A DNA stretch of 45,929 nt from Patescibacteria group bacterium (GTDB taxonomy: Archaea; Nanobdellota; Nanobdellia; Pacearchaeales; GW2011-AR1): the NCBI GenBank assembly GCA_051269935.1, contig JBNMFJ010000001.1:1-45929 (forward strand), given 5' to 3'. The notes under the pieces were generated by a model. The model searched no databases and had not been told where the DNA came from. It saw only the letters and a list, made by a program, of their open reading frames with translations. Shown here one piece after another: positions 34,842 to 43,595 of the stretch. Each line of letters opens with the position of its first letter. Position 1 is the first letter of the stretch. The translations under genes and the position numbers were made by a program.

Positions 34842-35546
34842 ATGGTTATGATAAATGATCTTTCGGCTGCTGGTTTAAGTAATAATGAATATAAAGTGTA
34901 TAGTGCATTATTGGATTCGGGGCCTTCTTTGGCTGGCGTTATTTCGCGAAAGACTGGCTTGCATCGGCGGACTGTGTATGATACTACTGAGATGTTAATT
35001 AAGAAGGGTTTGGTTGGATATATTTTGAAGAATAATCGGAGAATGTTTGAGGCTTCTAATCCTGAGAGGTTGATGCAGATTGTTGATGAGAAGCGGGAAT
35101 CTATTAATGATGTTTTGCCTAATTTGATGGCTCGATTTGCGACTGAGGGAGAGAAGAATGAGACTAATTTTTATAAGGGGAAGGAAGGGGTTAAATCTGT
35201 GTTTGAGGATCAGTTGAATTATGATGAGGTTCTGATTCTTGGTGCTTCAGCGAAGGCATATGATGTATTGCAGTTTTATTTTAAGTGGTATGATAAAGCC
35301 AGGGTTAAGAAAAAGATCAAGGTTCGAATGATTTCAACGGATCGCGATATGAAGGATTTGCCTTTGGTTGAGGTGAGGTATTTGCCTAAGAAGTATGCTA
35401 ACCCGATGGCGGTTAATATTTATGGGGATAAGACGGCGATTGTATTGTGGATGAAGGAGCCGATTGCGATTGTTATTCGCGAGCAAGAAGTTGCGAATTC
35501 GTATCGGCAGTATTTTGAGCTAATGTGGCATGTTGCGAAGGCTTAA
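34842..35546 (+). CDS. TrmB-family transcriptional regulator
   Basis: N-terminal wHTH LSNNEYKVYSALLDSGPSLAGVISRKTGLHRRTVYDTTEMLIKKGLV followed by a coiled-coil and C-terminal domain, the typical TrmB layout. Confidence 0.8.
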   Translation: MVMINDLSAAGLSNNEYKVYSALLDSGPSLAGVISRKTGLHRRTVYDTTEMLIKKGLVGYILKNNRRMFEASNPERLMQIVDEKRESINDVLPNLMARFATEGEKNETNFYKGKEGVKSVFEDQLNYDEVLILGASAKAYDVLQFYFKWYDKARVKKKIKVRMISTDRDMKDLPLVEVRYLPKKYANPMAVNIYGDKTAIVLWMKEPIAIVIREQEVANSYRQYFELMWHVAKA

Positions 35547-35585
35547 TTTCGGAACTCTTATATATTCTGCTTCTTTGTATATTGT

Positions 35586-36023
35586 ATGATATTTGGTCGT
35601 AAGAAAAAGAGGATGATTGATGTTGGGGAGCTTGTTCGGCGGGGAAGGATGCCCAAGCATGATACTGAAGTTAATCTAAAAGCTAATAGTGATGGGTTTG
35701 TGGAGATTGGTTCTGGTAATAGTATTAAGGCTCAAGAAATTAATCGAGAGGATTCTGTTGATGTTTCTGCTTTATTAGGTGAGAGTGCTCCTGTTGAATC
35801 TTCTGCTATGGATTTTCTTAATATGTCATCAACTCCTTCTTCGCCTTCTCCAACTTTTTCACAAGAGGCTGATGGGTATGATAAGCGAGAGGTTGATGCT
35901 AAGATTTCGCAGTTGGATTCTATGATTTATAAGTTGGAACAGAGGATTGATGTTTTAGAGAGAAAGGCTGGGGTTGGTACGGGAAATAGTAATACTGGCG
36001 CTATGGGTGCTATGGGTTGGTGA
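35586..36023 (+). CDS. hypothetical protein (145 aa) with coiled-coil segment
   Basis: ORF track; no motif. Confidence 0.45.
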   Translation: MIFGRKKKRMIDVGELVRRGRMPKHDTEVNLKANSDGFVEIGSGNSIKAQEINREDSVDVSALLGESAPVESSAMDFLNMSSTPSSPSPTFSQEADGYDKREVDAKISQLDSMIYKLEQRIDVLERKAGVGTGNSNTGAMGAMGW

Positions 36024-36047
36024 GCTTTTGTCTAATGCCTTATTATC

Positions 36048-36123
36048 TCGATGGCGTAATCTTTATCGGGTCACCAGACTAACTTAATTTTACGCTCTCA
36101 ATAGTCTAGTTGCCAAGGATGCC
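36048..36123 (+). pseudogene. decayed duplicate of the tRNA-Glu(CUC) promoter region plus 5' 30 nt of the tRNA (fragment at 36094-36123)
   Basis: TCGATGGCGTAATCTTTAT...GCTCTCA(A)TAGTCTAGT(T/G)GCCAAGGATGCC aligns with 36196-36270. The copy lacks the anticodon arm and 3' half, and its TATA-like box is degraded (TTTATCG vs TTTATAA). Confidence 0.75.
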
Positions 36124-36209
36124 TATTCAAATATCACTCTTTGTTTTGTCTTTTATTTTGCTTTATATAAAGAGCAATATTCTCACCCTCTCACTTCGAT
36201 GGCGTAATC

Positions 36210-36216
36210 TTTATAA
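36210..36216 (+). promoter_or_regulatory. TATA-like box for tRNA-Glu(CUC)
   Basis: TTTATAA centred about 29 nt upstream of the tRNA 5' end. Confidence 0.4.
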
Positions 36217-36241
36217 GGCCACTCGACTAATCTTTTTTTAT

Positions 36242-36416
36242 GCTCTCATAGTCTAGTGGCCAAGGATGCCGCCCTCTCAAGCTGAAGGGATAATCGATGA
36301 GATGAAGCCTTTGCATTCAGAATGAATACGGCAATCTTCGCGACGTGAGGTGATAAAATCTTTCGCGGATTTTGCGGAGAACGGCGGTGACCCGGGTTCA
36401 AATCCCGGTGGGAGCG
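36242..36416 (+). tRNA. tRNA-Glu (anticodon CUC) with a 102-nt intron (36280-36381) at the canonical 37/38 position
   Basis: Exons GCTCTCATAGTCTAGTGGCCAAGGATGCCGCCCTCTCA and CGGCGGTGACCCGGGTTCAAATCCCGGTGGGAGCG fold into a cloverleaf nearly identical to the tRNA at 8545. TCTC (36275-36278) can pair with GAGA (36377-36380) as the central helix of a relaxed bulge-helix-bulge. Confidence 0.85.
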
Positions 36417-36426
36417 TATTTATTTT

Positions 36427-37677
36427 TTATTGATCGACAGATGCTCTTCTCTTTTTTGTTCTGGGAGAAGATTTGGTCTTACCTTTGAATGCTCTTAGTT
36501 TTGTTCTTTTTAGATTTTTATTTGGTACTTTTGCTTTCTTGGCTACTTTTGAATGATATTTGTGTTCTGCCTTATCGATTTTACTTTTTATTTTTCGCTC
36601 TATTTGGTTGAGTAAATTTTTCTCTTTTGCGGAACAGAAGGAATATGCGATTCCTGTTTTTCCTGCTCTTGCGGTCCGGCCTATTCTGTGGATGTAATTT
36701 TCTGCTTCGTGTGGTAGGTCGTAATTTATGACATGGGTTACGTCGTCAATATCAATTCCTCTTGAGGCTATGTCGGTTGCTATGAGTACATGTAATTTCC
36801 CGGACTTGAAATCTTTGAGGGCTTGGTTTCGTTCTTCTTGTGTTCGGTTCGCATGGATTGCGGTTGATGTGATATTATTAACTTTTAGGTATCTTACAAT
36901 TTGGCTTGCTTCTTTTTTAGGACCTATGAATACAATTACTTTTTTCTTTTCAATATTTCCGAGGAGTTCTACTAGGAGTTTGTTTTTATTTTCTTTGTCT
37001 ACATAGAAGATGCATTGATCTATTTTGTTTGATGGTTTGTGCTGTTGAGAGACTTCTAGTCTCGTTGGTTTTTTGAGGTATTGTACTGTTATTTCAGATA
37101 CTTCACTTGATACTGTTGCTGAGAAGAATGCGGTTTGTCTTTGTCGTGGAATTCGACTCATTATTTTATCAACAGAATCACGAAATCCTAGTCCGAGCAT
37201 ATTGTCAACTTCATCTATAATGATTGTTTCGATTTCTTTGAGGTTTACTTTTTTCTTGGAAACTAGCTCTATGAGTCTTCCTGGTGTTGCGACTATAATG
37301 TCTGTATTTTTCTTTAGTTCGGTTATTTGCTTTTCGATATCTACGCCGCCGTAAATTGTAATATGTTTTATTTTGAGATATTTTGCGTATCCTGTAATGT
37401 TATGAGTGATTTGGAGAGCTAGTTCTCTTGTTGGTGCTAATATTAATGCTCTTGGTGCGTTTGACTTTATAGCTGATTTGTCTTGATGGATTTTGTCTAA
37501 AAGGGGTAATACGAATGCTGCAGTTTTTCCGCTTCCGGTTTCTGCTATTCCTAATATGTCTTTGTTCTCTAGGAGTAGAGGTATTGCTTCTTCTTGAATT
37601 TGGGTAGGATTTTTATATCCTTTTTCTTGAATTGCCTTGAGCAAAAGCTCATCTAATTCGAAATCTGTAAATTGCAT
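36427..37677 (-). CDS. DEAD-box ATP-dependent RNA helicase with basic C-terminal tail
   Basis: Q motif, AETGSGKT, PTRELA, DEVD, SAT, HRIGRTARAG. Confidence 0.95.
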   Translation of the reverse strand: MQFTDFELDELLLKAIQEKGYKNPTQIQEEAIPLLLENKDILGIAETGSGKTAAFVLPLLDKIHQDKSAIKSNAPRALILAPTRELALQITHNITGYAKYLKIKHITIYGGVDIEKQITELKKNTDIIVATPGRLIELVSKKKVNLKEIETIIIDEVDNMLGLGFRDSVDKIMSRIPRQRQTAFFSATVSSEVSEITVQYLKKPTRLEVSQQHKPSNKIDQCIFYVDKENKNKLLVELLGNIEKKKVIVFIGPKKEASQIVRYLKVNNITSTAIHANRTQEERNQALKDFKSGKLHVLIATDIASRGIDIDDVTHVINYDLPHEAENYIHRIGRTARAGKTGIAYSFCSAKEKNLLNQIERKIKSKIDKAEHKYHSKVAKKAKVPNKNLKRTKLRAFKGKTKSSPRTKKRRASVDQ

Positions 37678-37758
37678 ACTAAAAGAAGTATTTTACTATA
37701 TATAAAGTGCCTAGATAGGTAGCACAACATCTATAAATTGATTTATTTGGTCAGTTTT

Positions 37759-38739
37759 ATGAGAATTATTTTTGTTAGGCATGGAGAATCGTTGGCTAAT
37801 GAGTCTTGTCAGAATCAAGAGCGAAATGATATTTGGTCTGATACGGTTTTGTCAAAGAGGGGTATATCTCAGGCTAGGCTTTTAGGGGAGCGATTGAGCG
37901 AGGAGTCTATTGATGCTGTGTATTCTTCTGATTATCACCGCTCGAGACAAACTGCGGAGGCGGTTGTTGTACATCATAGTACTGAACTAGAAATTGAACC
38001 TTTGTTTGGGGAGAAGCATAATGGGGAAACTTATGATGAATTTTCTGGGAGGATTAGGGAAGCCTTGACTAAGGTTATGGATAAGCATGATGGGCAGACT
38101 GTTCTTCTTGTGGCTCATGGACATACTAATCGGGAAATTATGAAACAGTTAGGTCTTGAACAATTGGGTAATCATGTAAAATGGATTTCTCAAGGGAATA
38201 CTTGTGTGAATATTTTTGTTAAAAAATATGATGGATTTCAACCGATTATGGTCAATTCCCTTTCACATTTGGAAGAAGAATCTATGGCTGTTGAATTGTA
38301 CCGGCAAGTTCAAAAAATGCCTTTAGGGAATGATGTAGATGGTAAGACGTTTCTACTAAAGGAATTATTAGAGAAGAATGGGTATGGTGTTGACTTAATT
38401 TCTGTTGTTTTTGATTGGAGGGATTTACCTATTCCTGCCCATATTATGGATTTATTGGGAGATTCAACTTTAGCTTTTCATAAGACTTTGTTGGTTCATA
38501 TGTATGGGTCACAGATTTATTTGGATCCTGTTTGGCCTATGGGTTTACTTAAGAAAGGATTTGTTGTAACAGGTACATGGGATGGGAAACGAGACTCTAT
38601 GCAGATAACGAATGGTGATTTGATTTATTATCCTGCATCAGTTGAGAATGATGACATTTATGAGAAACATGGAATTATCCCAAATGGAGAAAGGGATAAG
38701 GCTTTTTTCGAGGCATTAGTGCAGTGGTTGAATGGATGA
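37759..38739 (+). CDS. histidine phosphatase (phosphoglycerate-mutase-like) domain fused to an unknown ~170-aa C-terminal domain
   Basis: MRIIFVRHGESLAN (RHG motif), YSSDYHRSRQTA, LLVAHGHT. Start set at ATG 37759. Confidence 0.75.
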   Translation: MRIIFVRHGESLANESCQNQERNDIWSDTVLSKRGISQARLLGERLSEESIDAVYSSDYHRSRQTAEAVVVHHSTELEIEPLFGEKHNGETYDEFSGRIREALTKVMDKHDGQTVLLVAHGHTNREIMKQLGLEQLGNHVKWISQGNTCVNIFVKKYDGFQPIMVNSLSHLEEESMAVELYRQVQKMPLGNDVDGKTFLLKELLEKNGYGVDLISVVFDWRDLPIPAHIMDLLGDSTLAFHKTLLVHMYGSQIYLDPVWPMGLLKKGFVVTGTWDGKRDSMQITNGDLIYYPASVENDDIYEKHGIIPNGERDKAFFEALVQWLNG

Positions 38740-38780
38740 ACTTTCGTAACCTATATATATTATAGAATATTAAATAGAGT

Positions 38781-39536
38781 ATGATATTTGAGGCATTGGT
38801 GATTTCTTTGGTTTTGCAATTGATATTTTTTATACCTGCCTTTTTATTTAAGACTGATAAGTTTACTGATTTTACCTATGGCTTGACTTTTATCATTCTT
38901 GCTATTCTTTTTTATCTTGAGAGTGTTGGAGATTTATATAGACAATTACTTGCTATCATGATTATTGTATGGGCTTTACGATTGGCAATTTATTTGGTTG
39001 TTAGGATTAGAAAGATTGGGCGTGATTCAAGATTTGATGAGACTAGAGATCATTTCTTTAAGTTCTTGCAGTTTTGGTTGTTGCAAGGTTTTGTTGTTTG
39101 GGTTGTAATGATTCCGGCAATTTACTTTTTTACTTCTTCGTTGAGTGTTAATCCTATCTGGTTTATTGTGGGTTCAGTTCTCTTCTGGAAGGGGTTGCTG
39201 ATTGAGGGGATTGCTGACCAACAAAAATTCTCTTTCAAGAATAATAAAAAGAACGCTGGTAAATGGTGTGATGTTGGCCTTTGGAAGTATTCTCGTCATC
39301 CTAATTATTATGGGGAAATGATGATTTGGGTTGGAATTTATATCGCTGTTGTTACGGGTATTACGCAATATTATATTGCATTACTTGGTCCGTTATTAAT
39401 AATCTTGGTTTTAAGATATGGTTCGGGTGTTCCTCCGTTAGAGAAAAGATATGATAAAAAATATAAGAAAAATAAAAAATATCAGGATTATAAGAGGAAA
39501 ACTAATTTGTTGATTATTGGTCCTCGGAGAAGATGA
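38781..39536 (+). CDS. DUF1295 / steroid-5-alpha-reductase-like membrane protein
   Basis: GLWKYSRHPNYYGEMMIWVGIY and a multi-pass hydrophobic profile. Confidence 0.8.
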   Translation: MIFEALVISLVLQLIFFIPAFLFKTDKFTDFTYGLTFIILAILFYLESVGDLYRQLLAIMIIVWALRLAIYLVVRIRKIGRDSRFDETRDHFFKFLQFWLLQGFVVWVVMIPAIYFFTSSLSVNPIWFIVGSVLFWKGLLIEGIADQQKFSFKNNKKNAGKWCDVGLWKYSRHPNYYGEMMIWVGIYIAVVTGITQYYIALLGPLLIILVLRYGSGVPPLEKRYDKKYKKNKKYQDYKRKTNLLIIGPRRR

Positions 39537-39784
39537 AATATTATATTTTAATTGTTATTTTTATTTATGGTTTGCCAATGTGGAATTTTAGGTATGCCTT
39601 TCGTAGTACTGTGTATCGGGAAAAGGGTTTTATGATTAATATTCGTCCATGGTTTGTGCAGGAGACTTTGGCTTTGTTTAGTAATAGCTACTTTAAGAAT
39701 AAGAAAGAAATTGCTATGGCGAATAAGTATAGATTGTATATGCTTGGATTTGTCTTGCTTTGGACTTGGTTCTTTTTGTCATAG
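39533..39784 (+). CDS. small membrane protein (83 aa)
   Basis: ATGA overlap with the previous gene; hydrophobic N- and C-termini. Confidence 0.4.
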   Translation: MKYYILIVIFIYGLPMWNFRYAFRSTVYREKGFMINIRPWFVQETLALFSNSYFKNKKEIAMANKYRLYMLGFVLLWTWFFLS

Positions 39785-39825
39785 TTATACATAAGGTATA
39801 TAAATAAGATTCTTCTCTCTATATT

Positions 39826-40599
39826 ATGCAAAAGATATTTGGGTGGTTATTGATAGGTTTATTTTTATTATCTTTTACATTTGTGATGGCTGACTCTGAT
39901 AATAATGAATCAGATGACGATGATGATCGTGATGATGATGATCGTGATGATGATGAATCGGATGATGACGACGATGATCGTGATGACGACCGGGAAGAAT
40001 TTAGAAAAGGCTTGAAGGATCTTAAGGGTGAGTTTCGAAATTCCTCTAAAGAATTACATGATGATCGTAAAAAGGATAAGGATGAATTTGAAGCTTCATT
40101 AAAGGAACTTTTTGATGGCGTTGATCGGAGCAACTTAACAGATGAAGAAAAGGAAGAACTAAAGGAAGAGATTGATGCCTTAAAAGAAGAATTTAAGGAG
40201 ACTAAGGAAGAGAATAAAAATAGTTCAAAAGAATTACGTGTTGAATATAGGGGAGCTTTGAAGGATTTAGCAAATGCGACTGGTAATTCTAAGGTTCACT
40301 ATAAATTAGCTAATGGACGTAATGTTACAGTAAGAGTTATGCCTGAAAATGCAAGTGCTCGAGCTCTTGAGAGATTAGGACTGGTTAATTGCTTGGAAGA
40401 AAATAATTGTTCTTTAGAATTAAAGGAAGTTGGTGAAGGTAATAATACAAAATTACGATATGCTTTATCTGCTAAAAAGAAGGCTAGATTTTTAGGTTTA
40501 TTTGCAGTTGATATGGATGTCGAAAGCGAAGTTGATGCTGAGACTGGTGAAGTTGTTTATGCAAGAAAACCTTGGTGGGCTTTTTTAGCTAGTGAATAA
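39826..40599 (+). CDS. secreted protein with an extremely acidic D/E-rich low-complexity segment
   Basis: Signal-like MQKIFGWLLIGLFLLSFTFVMA followed by DSDNNESDDDDDRDDDDRDDDESDDDDDDRDDDREE. Confidence 0.6.
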   Translation: MQKIFGWLLIGLFLLSFTFVMADSDNNESDDDDDRDDDDRDDDESDDDDDDRDDDREEFRKGLKDLKGEFRNSSKELHDDRKKDKDEFEASLKELFDGVDRSNLTDEEKEELKEEIDALKEEFKETKEENKNSSKELRVEYRGALKDLANATGNSKVHYKLANGRNVTVRVMPENASARALERLGLVNCLEENNCSLELKEVGEGNNTKLRYALSAKKKARFLGLFAVDMDVESEVDAETGEVVYARKPWWAFLASE

Positions 40600-40636
40600 T
40601 AATAATCTTTAAATATTATATTTTCTTTTTTGTTAT

Positions 40637-41050
40637 ATGAAATATGAAAATATTGTAGATACTAAGTCATTTGATCGAGCTGTTAAAGATTATATTACTG
40701 TGTATTCGCCGAATGGATTACATGAAGTGTTAAAGAATGACCCAAGAAGACAAAGAAGCTCTCTTGATTCATTTATTACTGGGGTGGGTTCAGTCCTTGA
40801 TTTGTCTGGGACTTCATCTAAAGAAGATCCAGTTTCTACTATCTTAGATACAAGAACTTCAGTATTAAAAATGATGGCTGATATGAAGAGTCCAGAGAGA
40901 ACTTATTTTCTTAGAGCTGTTCATGCTATGAAACAGAGAAATAGGGCACCGAAAATGTCTTCTGACCCTTATGTTTCTCAATTGATAGGAGAGTTGGATT
41001 CAGAATATGTATCTAGGAGAGAACTTTACCTTAAAGAGCATACTAAGTAA
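40637..41050 (+). CDS. hypothetical protein (137 aa)
   Basis: ORF track; no motif. Confidence 0.45.
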   Translation: MKYENIVDTKSFDRAVKDYITVYSPNGLHEVLKNDPRRQRSSLDSFITGVGSVLDLSGTSSKEDPVSTILDTRTSVLKMMADMKSPERTYFLRAVHAMKQRNRAPKMSSDPYVSQLIGELDSEYVSRRELYLKEHTK

Positions 41051-41084
41051 TTATATTTATATATTGTGTTAATTGTTTATATTT

Positions 41085-42242
41085 ATGAACACGAGATTTA
41101 TTATGTTATTACTAGTTCTATTAGTTGCTAGCTACTTAATTTTTCCGTTTTCTAACCCTGCTCAAAAAGATTCTAACTTTCCTGTGGAACAAAATAAGGC
41201 TATTCCTCAAATACCACCTTTTCCTGATAAACCTTCTTATGTCTTGGAGAATCCGCCTCATAAGTTACATGTTCCACATTCGAGTAATAATGATATGTTA
41301 CTTCTTCTCTCAGCTCCATCAATATATAGCCCTTATTATAAACCGGCATTTGATGATATAGTTGAATTCCAAATTAATTATGCTAATGAAATTATGAAAT
41401 ATGAAGATGTGATTATTATGGTTGATTTTGGTACTTTGAAATATTACTCAGATCGTATTCCTGCTGATAATTTATATGTGACTGATTTGTATGATATTTG
41501 GGTAAGAGATTTTACAACCGTTAATCCATATGACCCCATCCAATTTACTTATACTAATGCATCAATGACTTCTTCTGAAGCTAAACAAACTCAATTCATT
41601 TATGATGATTCACTTAATAAAACTGGATTTAAGAGAGAATATACTAATTATCTACTTGATGGAGGAAATGTTGTTGATAATTATGAGGGTAGAGCTGTTG
41701 TTACAACTAGATTTTTAGATGATAATTATTTGACTTATGATGAAGGAAAAAAGGTCTTGAAGGAATTGTTACATTTGGATGAGGTTGCGATTATAATTCC
41801 TGATGAAGATGTTTTGTCTCATTCTGATGGAATGGTTATGTGGATTGATTCAGATACTTTACTTGTTAATGATTATTCTGAATTTGGAGATGAGTTTCGT
41901 TCTGAAGTTTTAATTGAATTAAGAGAATCTTTTCCTACTGTTGAAATAATTGAAATTCCTGTAGAGTATACTGTGAATAAACGAGATGAATGGGTAGGTT
42001 TTTCTTCGGCATGTGGGGTTAATGTAAATTCTGTTTTAACAGAGAAGAATCTATTTGTTCCGGTATTTGGTATGGATCATGATAATGAAGTATTGGATAT
42101 AATCCGGGAACATACGACTAGAAATGTTATTCCTATTAATGCTGAAGGTGTTTGTGCTATGGGTGGAAGTGTGAGATGTCAAACTTGGCAAATGGCTGGG
42201 GAAAATGCGGAAAAAATTAAAGAGGCTGCAAGGAATGGGTAA
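41085..42242 (+). CDS. agmatine deiminase / Porphyromonas-type peptidyl-arginine deiminase family protein with N-terminal membrane anchor
   Basis: DIWVRDF, HSDGMVMWID, and C-terminal MGGSVRCQTWQ (catalytic Cys motif of guanidino-group-modifying enzymes). N-terminal FIMLLLVLLVASYLIF. Confidence 0.7.
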   Translation: MNTRFIMLLLVLLVASYLIFPFSNPAQKDSNFPVEQNKAIPQIPPFPDKPSYVLENPPHKLHVPHSSNNDMLLLLSAPSIYSPYYKPAFDDIVEFQINYANEIMKYEDVIIMVDFGTLKYYSDRIPADNLYVTDLYDIWVRDFTTVNPYDPIQFTYTNASMTSSEAKQTQFIYDDSLNKTGFKREYTNYLLDGGNVVDNYEGRAVVTTRFLDDNYLTYDEGKKVLKELLHLDEVAIIIPDEDVLSHSDGMVMWIDSDTLLVNDYSEFGDEFRSEVLIELRESFPTVEIIEIPVEYTVNKRDEWVGFSSACGVNVNSVLTEKNLFVPVFGMDHDNEVLDIIREHTTRNVIPINAEGVCAMGGSVRCQTWQMAGENAEKIKEAARNG

Positions 42243-42762
42243 GGTTGTTTTGTATATTGCTATGACCTTGGATGGTTACATTGCTTCAGAGAATGGAAGT
42301 ATTGATTGGTTAAAGAAGTATGAGAAAAATACTGACGGTGAAGATTATGGGTATGGAGATATGATTGCTGGTATGGGAAGTGTGATAATGGGAAATTCAA
42401 CATATAAACAGATTCAAACGTTCGGGGAATATCCGTACTCAGATTTTGATTCTTATGTATTTACTCGGAATTTATCATTGGAGAAAGATTCACATGTTAC
42501 TTATGTTCATGATTCAGTAAAAGAATTAATTTCTTCCATTCAAAAAAAATCTGATAAAGATATTTGGCTGATTGGTGGCGGAAAGCTTATTTCTTCTTTC
42601 TTAGAGACTGATTTAATTGATGAGTATATTCTTACTGTTGTTCCTATTCTTTTAGGGAAAGGTATTCCATTGTTCTCTGGGGATTTTGGTGTAAGGAATT
42701 TGAAATTGAATTCTACGAAGGGATATAAATCAGGTTTAATGCAGATGAATTATTCTTGTTAG
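42235..42762 (+). CDS. RibD C-terminal domain / dihydrofolate-reductase-like protein
   Basis: VVLYIAMTLDGYIASENGSIDWL, IWLIGGGKLISSFL, DEYILTVVPILLGKGIPLF. Start set at ATG 42235. Confidence 0.75.
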   Translation: MGKVVLYIAMTLDGYIASENGSIDWLKKYEKNTDGEDYGYGDMIAGMGSVIMGNSTYKQIQTFGEYPYSDFDSYVFTRNLSLEKDSHVTYVHDSVKELISSIQKKSDKDIWLIGGGKLISSFLETDLIDEYILTVVPILLGKGIPLFSGDFGVRNLKLNSTKGYKSGLMQMNYSC

Positions 42763-42796
42763 TATGTTTTATAAATAACTTTCTACTTACATATTT

Positions 42797-43054
42797 ATGA
42801 AGAGATCTGATACTAAATTGTTGCAGTCTATTTTTTATTTAATTATGATTCTTGTTATTGTTTTATTAGTTTTTAATTTTCTCTTACTTACTGATAGGTT
42901 TCAACATAATGCTTTGAGGAATGCTTGTATTGATACTGAAGAAGGGAATAGTTGTTCCTATGTTCTTAGGGGTGAGAGTTATTCTGGAGAATGTCAGCAG
43001 CGAAGAAACTCAGCTCTGTTTTGCTCACAATTCCGTTTGGAGGATAATGATTAG
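42797..43054 (+). CDS. small membrane-anchored Cys-containing protein (85 aa)
   Basis: ORF track. TM segment IFYLIMILVIVLLVFNFLLL, then four Cys. Confidence 0.4.
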   Translation: MKRSDTKLLQSIFYLIMILVIVLLVFNFLLLTDRFQHNALRNACIDTEEGNSCSYVLRGESYSGECQQRRNSALFCSQFRLEDND

Positions 43055-43055
43055 T

Positions 43056-43595
43056 ATGAGAAAAAAAACGTTTATTGTGTTGTCTGTACTTGTAGTAGTT
43101 TCATTGCTTATATTATTGAACTATGCTTATATTGAAAATTATTTTGGTGGATTTTTAGATCAAAATATTGAGAAGTGGGGATATGTAGGTGTATTTGTTT
43201 CAGTATTTTTCTTGGAGATATTTCCTCAGCCGTTTTTGAGTTCTTTGCTTCCTTTGTCTAGCGGATTTTTTTATCAATTTGATTTAGTTACTTTGGTTTT
43301 AGTTGCTATTGTTGCTGCAATGTTGTCCAATTATACGGCTTATTTTATAGGTTTGAAATATGGAAATGAAATTTCTGATTATTTCATTTCTCCTGAGAAC
43401 TTTAAGAAAGCTCAGAAATGGGTTGATTCACACGGAGAAAAGATTTTGATATTAATGGCTATGACTCCTTTACCTTATTTTCCGGTGTTGGGTGGATTGT
43501 TTAAGTTGCCATTTTGGAAATTTACAATGTATGCTATTATACCAAGGGCAATTCATTTTATGATATTCTCGTATATTATTTTTGGAATGTTTTAG
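43056..43595 (+). CDS. DedA/VTT-domain-like membrane protein
   Basis: Start set at ATG 43056 (MRKKTFIVLS...). Hydrophobic profile and ...MTPLPYFPVLGGLFKLPFWKF resemble the DedA/TVP38 family. Tentative. Confidence 0.5.
   Translation: MRKKTFIVLSVLVVVSLLILLNYAYIENYFGGFLDQNIEKWGYVGVFVSVFFLEIFPQPFLSSLLPLSSGFFYQFDLVTLVLVAIVAAMLSNYTAYFIGLKYGNEISDYFISPENFKKAQKWVDSHGEKILILMAMTPLPYFPVLGGLFKLPFWKFTMYAIIPRAIHFMIFSYIIFGMF

Noticed and set aside
36280-36381. Box C/D sRNA inside the tRNA intron (CTGA at 36282-36285, GATGAGATGA at about 36296-36305)
   Set aside because: No properly spaced C (RUGAUGA) / D (CUGA) and C'/D' pairs with terminal stem could be drawn; only partial matches.
36020-36430. Integrase or other mobile-element gene adjacent to the duplicated tRNA segment
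   Set aside because: None present. The flanking ORFs are a hypothetical 145-aa protein and a DEAD-box helicase, so an active integrated element cannot be claimed.
39819-40133. Ser-rich 104-aa ORF on the - strand
   Set aside because: It is the mirror image of the GAT/GAC-rich acidic repeat of 39826..40599. The + strand ORF has a signal peptide and continues for 257 aa.
42921-43055. N-terminal 45 codons of ORF 42921..43595
   Set aside because: They overlap the separate small ORF 42797..43054 in another frame. The membrane protein has a plausible own start at ATG 43056 (MRKKTF...).
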